In this document: piece by piece, positions 1-6,800 of the stretch
Numbering within the stretch: position 1 is the first letter of the stretch
Layout of the letters: each line of letters opens with the position of its first letter
Source of the DNA: an uncultured virus (IMG/VR IMGVR_UViG_3300025727_000009)
Lineage: Duplodnaviria; Heunggongvirae; Uroviricota; Caudoviricetes
IMG/VR virus record: IMGVR_UViG_3300025727_000009
Span: 51,552-71,551 of that record
DNA: 20,000 bases
Direction: 5' to 3' (one strand)
Translations under genes and position numbers: made by a program
The notes under the pieces: generated by a model
What the model was told of the DNA's origin: nothing
Seen by the model: the letters and a program-made list of their open reading frames with translations, nothing else
Databases searched by the model: none

Positions 1-743
1 GAATCACACAGAAGGCCCTCGGGGTCCTTCACCCAGCCGAAATGCGCTTCGCCGTCATTCATGCCGGCATCGCAGAGCAGCTGGACGCATTCCGTCTGGA
101 CCCCTCCCACTGGCAGAAGCTGCTGGCGGGAGACCCGGACGTTCAGAAGCAGTTCCTTGAGACCGACTTGGACGACCCTGAAATCAAGGTGTACGTCTAC
201 GGTCCCGCACCCGCTATCCGTGAGTCCGCTTACATGTACCTGCGCGCCCTTCAGGCCGCGGTTCTTGTCGGTGGACCTCAGCCGGATTTCATCGAAATTG
301 CTCAAAAGCTTGAGCACAATTCGGGGGACGAACCCCTGAAGCAGCAGAAAGAAGACGCCACCATGCGTGGAATCAAGCGCCGCAAGTCCGCCAAGAAGCC
401 CGCCGCAGACACCCCGGAGACGGAGGCAGCTCCCATCGAGGAAGAGGCCGCTCCCGTCGAGGACATCACCCCCGCTGACGGTGACAACGCTGGGGCCAAC
501 CTCAACGTCTTCGACGCTGTGGACGAGATCAGCAAGCAGGTCCAGTCCGCCCAGGAAGACACCGCCGCGGTCATCGTCGCGCTGGAGGCGAAGGTCGACA
601 ACATCACCGCGCAGAACACCGCGACCTTGTCGGTGCTCTGGAACCTGTTGGAGCTGGACCCCGCGGACTTCCCGGCGGACATCTCCGAGTTCCCGTCCGT
701 CTCCGACATCGCGGAGTTCCTCGAAGACGCGCCCGAGGAGTAG
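1..743 (+). CDS. Hypothetical phage protein, probably 5'-truncated, with a basic patch followed by a highly acidic/coiled-coil C-terminal half
   Basis: ORF 42..743 has strong GC3 codon bias. The frame has no stop between 3 and 41, so the true start may lie upstream of the window. An in-frame ATG at 363 (MRGIKRRKSAKK) is a possible alternative start. Confidence 0.75.
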   Translation, partial: ITQKALGVLHPAEMRFAVIHAGIAEQLDAFRLDPSHWQKLLAGDPDVQKQFLETDLDDPEIKVYVYGPAPAIRESAYMYLRALQAAVLVGGPQPDFIEIAQKLEHNSGDEPLKQQKEDATMRGIKRRKSAKKPAADTPETEAAPIEEEAAPVEDITPADGDNAGANLNVFDAVDEISKQVQSAQEDTAAVIVALEAKVDNITAQNTATLSVLWNLLELDPADFPADISEFPSVSDIAEFLEDAPEE

Positions 744-747
744 CCCG

Positions 748-1104
748 ATGCCGCACAGCATCGCTGTCCATGCCCCCATCAACGTGGCCGCGCTCGACGA
801 GCGTGACCCGGAAGCGGGGAACGCCAGTCACAGCTACGCCATTCAGTACGGCGGGCCTGACGACGTCTGCTACGTCCAGTTCCAGCACGGCCCGCGTGGG
901 GTGGAGGGATCGACCCCCGGCGTCTTCGACGACGCCCTGCTCGCCATCATCGAGGACCGGTTGATCGGGTTCCAGTCGGGTCCGTACGCGTGCCCGGAAA
1001 ACCAAGCCGCGCTCAATGCTGTTCGGGATGCCCGCGCTGCGCTGAGTTCGCGCGTGGCCAACCGCATGGCCAAGAGCGTGCTCGGGGTAAACGCGGTCCA
1101 CTGA
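748..1104 (+). CDS. tad1: Tad1-family (Acb2/Tad1-like) anti-Thoeris signalling-molecule sponge, 118 aa
   Basis: ATG at 748 with GAGGAG RBS at 735-740. The protein carries the pattern I recognise from Tad1: GNASHSY...FQHGPR...PGVFDDALLAIIEDRLIGFQSGPYACPEN.AL......RVANR...VLGVN. The ORF-track start at 367 is a shadow extension. Confidence 0.85.
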   Translation: MPHSIAVHAPINVAALDERDPEAGNASHSYAIQYGGPDDVCYVQFQHGPRGVEGSTPGVFDDALLAIIEDRLIGFQSGPYACPENQAALNAVRDARAALSSRVANRMAKSVLGVNAVH

Positions 1105-1110
1105 CCTCGT

Positions 1111-1141
1111 TGCAAAACGGGCATTGGTTTTTGAGATAGGA
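1111..1141 (+). promoter_or_regulatory. Putative phage promoter, copy 1 (TGCAAAA...GAGATAGGA)
   Basis: Same two-box layout and spacing as the copies at 1423, 2335 and 2943. Confidence 0.55.
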
Positions 1142-1180
1142 ATTCCAGCGGCGTTCATACCCCGTCGCTGGAAGGTTCCC

Positions 1181-1378
1181 ATGTTGGACGCCAAGCACCT
1201 CTCCAAGTCCATGCAGCACTTCTGCACGGCTCTCCCCACCCGCTTTCAGTGGACCCCCCACAACCTTTGGGCGCACCCCCTCTCCGAGCTGCTGTTCCAG
1301 CTCGGGTACGAGGACGAGGGGAACTGGGTACACGAAGCAACCATTCCCATCCACGAACGCGGTACCGGTCTGGGCTAG
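1181..1378 (+). CDS. Small hypothetical phage protein (65 aa; W..HN..AHP..E.L...G....W.H..T.P.H motif)
   Basis: ATG at 1181 is preceded by GGAAGG. The His/Trp-rich pattern resembles small conserved phage proteins. The ORF-track TTG start at 1124 falls inside the promoter motif. Confidence 0.7.
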   Translation: MLDAKHLSKSMQHFCTALPTRFQWTPHNLWAHPLSELLFQLGYEDEGNWVHEATIPIHERGTGLG

Positions 1379-1388
1379 TCCCCGGCCC

Positions 1389-1420
1389 GAAGCGCCCCCT
1401 CCTGGGGCGCTTCTTCTTAC
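1389..1420 (+). terminator. Intrinsic terminator-like hairpin
   Basis: Perfect 10-bp stem GAAGCGCCCC-ctcct-GGGGCGCTTC followed by TTCTTAC. Confidence 0.75.
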
Positions 1421-1422
1421 CC

Positions 1423-1460
1423 TGCAAAAACCGCGCATGTCTGGGTATAAAGACAATGAA
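1423..1460 (+). promoter_or_regulatory. Putative phage promoter, copy 2, driving the large ncRNA
   Basis: TGCAAAA (1423) ... GGGTATAAAGA (1443-1453) ... ATGAA (1456). Confidence 0.65.
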
Positions 1461-2306
1461 GGGACACGTATAGCTTCGGCTGTTCAGGGAACTTCTGGTT
1501 GTATGGAATCGTCAGGATAACTCGCGGTGACGCGGGGAAAGGTTTGGCCCGCTCCGGGTTGGACCACCGAGTAGTCGGCCCATCTATACAAGTCTGAGTC
1601 TGCCCTCGTGAGGGGTCGCTGGTGAAGAGCCGGTGGAGAATTGTGCAGGAGTGGTGGCCCCGCGGCGGCGGGATAAAGTGACCGGGCGGAGAAATCCGTG
1701 GTCGCGGAAGCTGGGCTGGTACCCCGGCTGCCATGCATCCAAATCCAACACAAGTGCTCGGGTAACAGATAGCGTACGTGAACAATCTGTGAGGAGGCAG
1801 CTCCAGGCAGGTCGTACGAAGTTCGATAGGGTGTGAGTTCTTTAGTCGGGAAACCGGCAGCCCTTGAAGAACCGATAAATCGGGTGACTGACCCGAGAAT
1901 GTCACGAGATGGTGTGGGAGTTCCCTATGGTCAAAAGCCATGGGCCCGCTGGTAAGGCGCCATCTCTAGGAGAAAAACCGGTTAGGAGCCGGACTACGCA
2001 TTTCACGCGAAGCTGCAATCAGCCCTTACCCGGGTACTGTCGAAAGATGCCTAATCGTCTGCCCTCCATGGGGAACGGACGCACCTAAAGCTCGCAAGGC
2101 TAAGGGTGTCAGTTGAAGAGCCGTAGGAGTGGGCCGCAAACCTATTCTGAGGGGACACTGCTGAGTAGACGTATCCGCTAATGGTAGTAAACCCGGCTTC
2201 GGTCGGCTCTACCGGCATTGTATGGCTACTGGGGAGACCCAGTGGATAGGGCCCTGAAAAGGGGCTCAAAGGCTGTACGCGAAAGGGGGTAATTCTCACC
2301 CTTTTC
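1456..2306 (+). ncRNA. Large structured ncRNA, GOLLD-like (~850 nt)
   Basis: No credible ORF, and bounded by a promoter motif and a terminator-like hairpin. Terminal 10-bp helix between 1467-1476 (CGTATAGCTT) and 2270-2279 (AGGCTGTACG). Many G-U-containing stems capped by GNRA/UUCG loops (CTCGCG-gtga-CGCGGG, GCGGA-gaaa-TCCGT, GTCGG-gaaa-CCGGC, CCGGC-ttcg-GTCGG, TACTGGG-gaga-CCCAGTG). The 3' half (CAAAAG loop, GCTCGCAAGGC, GAGTAG, CGGCATTG...TACT..AGTGGATA) resembles GOLLD sequences as I recall them. Size and phage context fit. Confidence 0.8.
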
Positions 2307-2310
2307 TTAC
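2281..2310 (+). terminator. 3' hairpin/terminator of the ncRNA
   Basis: GAAAGGGGGT-aattctc-ACCCTTTTC followed by TTAC; ends in the shared TTCTTAC tail. Confidence 0.55.
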
Positions 2311-2315
2311 CCCTA

Positions 2316-2332
2316 TTATTAGCCGCTAATAA
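2316..2332. repeat. Palindromic motif, copy 1 (TTATTAGC-C-GCTAATAA)
   Basis: Perfect 8-bp inverted repeat around a 1-nt centre, ending 2 nt before the promoter box at 2335. Confidence 0.9.
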
Positions 2333-2334
2333 CG

Positions 2335-2373
2335 TGCAAAACGGGTACCCCTTTAAGGGATAAGAACTATGAA
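2335..2373 (+). promoter_or_regulatory. Putative phage promoter, copy 3
   Basis: TGCAAAA (2335) ... GGGATAAGA (2357-2365) ... ATGAA (2369). Confidence 0.7.
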
Positions 2374-2578
2374 CAAGGAGGATTACATGGATTTCATTGA
2401 CCCGAAGAAGTGTCCTTGGTTCCAGGAAATCTGGGACATCCTGGAGAACCCGAGGCCGGGCGGAGTGGAGCGAGTGAAGGAGCTGACCAAGCTCATCTCG
2501 GACCGCTCCAAGGTCCGGACGGAAGCGTACAACGCGGACTTGTCCGCTCGAATCGAAGCGATTAACAACCGGGGCTAG
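2369..2578 (+). CDS. Hypothetical protein, 69 aa (possibly leaderless, or starting at ATG 2387)
   Basis: GC3-biased ORF directly after the promoter motif. A second ATG at 2387 follows AAGGAGG. Confidence 0.7.
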   Translation: MNKEDYMDFIDPKKCPWFQEIWDILENPRPGGVERVKELTKLISDRSKVRTEAYNADLSARIEAINNRG

Positions 2579-2616
2579 TCCCCCACCAAGCCCCGCTGGG
2601 GCAGAACGGCTGAGAG

Positions 2617-2733
2617 TTGAAGAAGTTCGTAGAGAAGTGCATTCCGATGGCCCTCGGGGCCAGCCTGCTCATCGTCGTCCCCGCCTTCCTGGCGTGGGGC
2701 AGGGCAGCGGCCCTCATCATGGGCGGAGGCTGA
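2617..2733 (+). CDS. Small putative single-pass membrane peptide, 38 aa (MKKFVEKCIPMALGASLLIVVPAFLAWGRAAALIMGGG)
   Basis: Translated by hand from TTG 2617 to TGA 2733. GC3-biased codons and a hydrophobic core; the start is uncertain. Confidence 0.5.
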   Translation: MKKFVEKCIPMALGASLLIVVPAFLAWGRAAALIMGGG

Positions 2734-2734
2734 G

Positions 2735-2848
2735 ATGGAGAGTCTGCTAGGGAAGCTCATCGCAGCCGGCATCGGTCTTGGCCTTGTGGCCGCCGAAGTC
2801 GGCATCTTCTGGCTCGGTTCGCTGCTGAAGTCCCTCCTGGGGCTATAG
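2735..2848 (+). CDS. Small putative membrane peptide, 37 aa (MESLLGKLIAAGIGLGLVAAEVGIFWLGSLLKSLLGL)
   Basis: GGAGG RBS at 2725-2729. The ATG is 1 nt after the upstream stop, and the TAG at 2848 is followed by a terminator. Confidence 0.65.
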   Translation: MESLLGKLIAAGIGLGLVAAEVGIFWLGSLLKSLLGL

Positions 2849-2867
2849 CAGCGGGCTGAGCGTCTTG

Positions 2868-2891
2868 GGGGGCATGTGCCCCCGTTCTTAC
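2868..2891 (+). terminator. Terminator-like hairpin
   Basis: GGGGGC-atgt-GCCCCC followed by GTTCTTAC. Confidence 0.6.
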
Positions 2892-2942
2892 GTATATACC
2901 CCCTAAACAGCCTCAAACAGGGCCGTACCCCCCCCTCCAAAC

Positions 2943-2981
2943 TGCAAAAATGGCACCTTTTATAGGGATAAGAAGTATGAA
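2943..2981 (+). promoter_or_regulatory. Putative phage promoter, copy 4
   Basis: TGCAAAA (2943) ... GGGATAAGA (2965-2973) ... ATGAA (2977). Confidence 0.7.
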
Positions 2982-3121
2982 GGAAGCATTACGCTCTCCT
3001 CCCACCCCAAGGCATCCTGCCTTTTGGTGGGATGAACACTTCGAGGCTGGAACCACGGTGCTGTGGGTCCGTAGGCTTTGGAGTCTTTAGAATACGCCTC
3101 ATTGAGGCGGAAGGATTCGAT

Positions 3122-3652
3122 ATGTCTCGCCAGTTGGTAATTGGAAATCTTCGCTTCGGCCTGACCCCCGCGCGCCAATCGGGCAATGGTGCCCTGGCCG
3201 TCGTGGCCCTCGTCACGGTCATCACCGTCGTGGTGGCGGGGGGCGTGTACTACTTCGCCAACCGCGACACCGCGGACGCCTACGCTCACGCTCATGGCGG
3301 TGTGGTGGTGATGCAGGAGCGGACCATCGCCGCGAGCATCAAGCTCATCGAGAAGGCGTTCGACAACGCGGTCAAGGCCGTGGCGGCGTGCGAGAAGGCG
3401 TCGGAGTCGAAGGGGGACAAGGACCCCTCGGCGACGAGCGTGGCGAAGGCCGCGAACGCCCGAGACGAGAAGCTCGACGTGCTCGACACCGAGATCGGCC
3501 GAGCCCTCGCGCACGCCCCGGACGCCGGTGCCCGCTTCGACGGGTTCAGCCGGACGGCCGCTGTGAAGAGGGGTCTGAAGGTCCACGGGCGGGCGGCGAA
3601 GGCCGTCGCCGCGGGCAAAGCGGACAAGGACGCGGCGAAGGCCGCGGCCTAG
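3122..3652 (+). CDS. Membrane-anchored Ala/Lys-rich helical protein with prepilin-like N-terminus, 176 aa
   Basis: ATG at 3122 after GGAAGGA. ...ARQSG-NGALAVVALVTVITVVVAGGVYYF forms a single TM segment. GC3 bias is strong from ~3190. Confidence 0.75.
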   Translation: MSRQLVIGNLRFGLTPARQSGNGALAVVALVTVITVVVAGGVYYFANRDTADAYAHAHGGVVVMQERTIAASIKLIEKAFDNAVKAVAACEKASESKGDKDPSATSVAKAANARDEKLDVLDTEIGRALAHAPDAGARFDGFSRTAAVKRGLKVHGRAAKAVAAGKADKDAAKAAA

Positions 3653-3775
3653 CCGCACCCCTGAGGTGACCTGTCAGCCGCTCCGGCAGCAGGTAGGTCC
3701 CTCAGGTTCGAGTGTCTTGAAATTCTAACAACAGGCGCCCAGCCTGGAGCCCGCTGATTGCGGTAGCAAAGGGAT

Positions 3776-3811
3776 AAAGAAGAGAGGGCGAGCACCCGCT
3801 CCTCTTCTTTT
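3776..3811. terminator. Probable bidirectional terminator at the convergence of the two transcription blocks
   Basis: Inverted repeat AAAGAAGAG...CTCTTCTTT with an inner GC stem, lying between convergent genes. Confidence 0.7.
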
Positions 3812-3823
3812 AGCTACACCAAC

Positions 3824-3838
3824 TATTAGCCGCTAATA
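3824..3838. repeat. Palindromic motif, copy 2 (TATTAGCCGCTAATA)
   Basis: Exact 15-mer, 1 nt from the stop codon of the 1564-aa gene. Confidence 0.9.
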
Positions 3839-3839
3839 A

Positions 3840-6800
3840 TTAGACGACGATGTTGTTGCCTATATCCGGGTTGGTCCCGGCGTCAGTCACTGCGGTGTCA
3901 ACGATGTTGAACTGCACCACGTTGTCATTCGTAGCGCCACTCAAGTCCACGGTAGCCGTGGCGCTCGGCCCGGCACCATCGTAAACCAAGCAGTTGTGCA
4001 CGATGAGGTTGCCGTCCGTGCTTATGGAGATGAGGCCACCAAGCGTGGTGTTACCCATGAGGGTGTTCTTGTCACCGGTGTTAATCACAATGCCCGAGGT
4101 CTCGTTGTTCCGGATGAAGCTTGAGTTGCCTCCGGTGTACAAGACGTTCGCGCAGTGGTTGTCACTGATGGAGTGCGCCCCGCCGGCTCCGCCAACCGTG
4201 ATGTCGCCGGTCATCGTGTTGCCCTGAACGCGGTGACCGATGCCCCCGTTGATGTCGACTGTCGTGCAGATGTTGTTGTAGACGGAGATGTTGTCTCCCG
4301 ACGTCACCTGGATTTCATCCGCAACGCGGCAACCCACCACCATGGAGCCATTGGCGCCAGCCAAGTCAATACCTGAACCGCCGCACACGCCAACGTCACA
4401 GTCCTTGACCGACGTGTCCGCGCTGGCAAGGTAAAAGCCTGTGCCGTCCGCCACGACGACGGTGCACCCCGTGAAGTGGATGTTATCCCCGATAGCCTGA
4501 AACCCCATATCGGCTGACGCCTGGACGACGCACCCCACTGCCCGAGACCCGGCACCGTTCAGAGAAATACCCACAAACCGAGCATCGCGGACCACTACGT
4601 TGCTGACGACGACGACCCCGGTAGGGTCAGTCTTCACGCCCATCACGGCTGCGTCAGGCGTCGTGCGGTCGATATGAATGAGGCAATCGGAGATGTGCAC
4701 GGACGCGGTAGCCAGGGCGTCGTCTACCTGGATACCGTGCCCCAAAGCGTCAAGCACAGTCGCGCCGGAAACGACCCCGTGCTGCTGGAGGTCTTCCAGG
4801 AAGATCGACGCATCCGCGAATCCCTCAAGGATGCAGTCGCGGACGACCGCGGACTCGGCGAACTTAATCTTCACACCGTGCAGGTTATTCGTGTTGTTGT
4901 CCGTCCCCGACGCAAGGAACCTGCAGCGCTCCACCAGGACGTCCTCGATATCAACCCCGCCCGCGCCCTCAACGATGATGCCGGCACCGGTAAGCGCCGT
5001 ACCCTGGCAGTCCCGAAACCTAATACGGCCGCCTACCGTAAGGTTGCGAAGAGTCGCAAAAGCGCTCCCGCCCGTAAGCACGCAGTCCTCAACCGACAGG
5101 CCGTAAAGGCTCCCGCTACTGGCGTCGAAGACGGAGGCCGTTGGCTCAGCTGGAGTGGCTGCGGCAGCCGCGGTACCTCCCCAGATAAAGTCGAGCCCCT
5201 TAAACTCCAACCCGCCTTTTCCGTTTAAGTCGAACAGCGCCGAGTCGTCTGCAGACCAAGTAATTCGTGGGCGGGCCGCGGTGAGCGAGCCCACAGGGCC
5301 TCCGCCAACAATCGCGATGTTGTCCACCGGAATAGCCAGGGGTACCGTCACGCCCTTGTTACCGTCCGACGCCTCCGTCGTTGAGCCCACCACCCTAATG
5401 CGCCACGCGAAATTGCCAACGGCTGACGAGCCGGTAGCGTCCACCTGGATGAGTTCAATCATCCGGAGGGCCTCACCGATGGTGGGAAAGGCGGCGCGCT
5501 CGTTATGGTACGCCGCGTCCAGGGCGCCCGCGCCCGTGAAGCTGCCCACGGTGATGTCGATGCGCTGGTCAAGGCGGCTAAGCGGCTGCGTGTACGCTGC
5601 AATCTGGGTAATGCTGGTGGCGTCTGTAGTCACCTTGGCCAGAATGACCCGGCCACCCGAACTCAGAACCTGCCCCGAGACATCCGCCTCTGCCGTAACC
5701 GTCCGCGTAGTTTCCGTCCACACCAAGTACTCGACAGCAGAAGGGGTAATGTCCACCGCCACTTCCGCCACCGCATACGCGGCGCCGTGCACGTAGACGA
5801 GGCACGCCCCAATAGCGGCCTTGAACGGGTTGGTGACCACGTAGCCAACGACGTCCGTGAGGTCCTCGTCCATCCCCGCATCGAGAACGGCATCAGCCGC
5901 GCCCACCGAACTCACCGCGGAGAAGTACCAAGTCCCCGACGCACGCTGAACGGCAATCACGTCGCCGTTCGCAAGGGGCACACCGTTCTCAAGGTCACCG
6001 GCGTCGTGGCGCTTAATCTTGTCGTCCGCCTCGGTGATGGTGAAGTTGAACGCCGACTTCACAGCCAGACCCAGCGAGAGCCCGGCCGTGGACATCGGGA
6101 AGCCAATCGGGTCGCTGGGACCGATGAGCCCGTCGCCCAGCATGCGCTGGCTAGAGCCCGCGCCCTGGAGCGCCCCCGTCAGCCCCTGCGTAGTGCCTGC
6201 CAGTATCGACTTAACCTGCAATGGCAGTACGTTGTGGTCAGCACTGCTGAACGGGATCTTGTTCCCCAATCCGGTGTGCCCGTCAGAGAAGCCGAATCCT
6301 GCGGAGCTACCCGTATTGGTCCAGTGCAGTCGCGCCTGCAGCGCACGTGCCTCGTTGGTCAGGCCCAGCGTGCGGTTGAGGGCTCCGATGTAGGCTTCGT
6401 CGTTAGTCTCGTGCGTACCGAACAGCGCGTTGATAACCGCAGCTGCATCACGGTCGCGAATGGTGATGGCGTCGACACCACCGCCCTGCTGGCGCAGCTC
6501 GATGCCCTCCTTCACCCCAGCACCCGAGGGCAAGAGCAACGTGAGCGGTCGAGACGCATGCATCTCAATGAAGCGACCGGCACCCTGGTACCGGGAGTAT
6601 TGGTCTCGGTCCAGCAGGTTCCAATACGAGTCGTTCAGCCCGCCGGACAGAAACCGGTCGGCGCCAACATCGTCGTCTAGGATTGGTGCGTGCTCAATGG
6701 AGGTGACCCGAAAGGTGTCCCCGCCTGCAGAGAAGCCGGAGCCCTCCCCAACATGGCCACCTACAACAATCGGCGCAGACGACCAGTCATCCTCAGGTGC

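Noticed and set aside
367..747. N-terminal extension of the 245-aa ORF 367..1104
   Set aside because: It is an out-of-frame shadow of the upstream gene (Ser/Pro/Arg-rich). The real start is ATG 748 with an RBS.
1417..2299. ORFs 1417..1941(-), 1484..1753(-), 1633..1836(+) and 2051..2299(-)
   Set aside because: No GC3 bias, RBS or recognisable motif; the region is better explained as structured RNA.
1456..2306. Group I/II intron, RNase P, rRNA or retron interpretation of the structured RNA
   Set aside because: No interrupted gene, no recognisable catalytic-core motifs, and no reverse transcriptase in the window.
2891..2942. C-run and short AAACAG repeats
   Set aside because: Too short and low-complexity to support a function.
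3095..3720. tmRNA/tRNA-like hints (GAGGCGGAAGGATTCGA at 3104; GGTTCGAG at 3705)
   Set aside because: No G3-U70 acceptor stem, no proper T-stem or CCA end, and the interval is occupied by a 176-aa gene.
3771..3781. Fifth promoter copy (GGGATAAAGAA)
   Set aside because: It lacks TGCAAAA at the conserved distance and overlaps the terminator stem.
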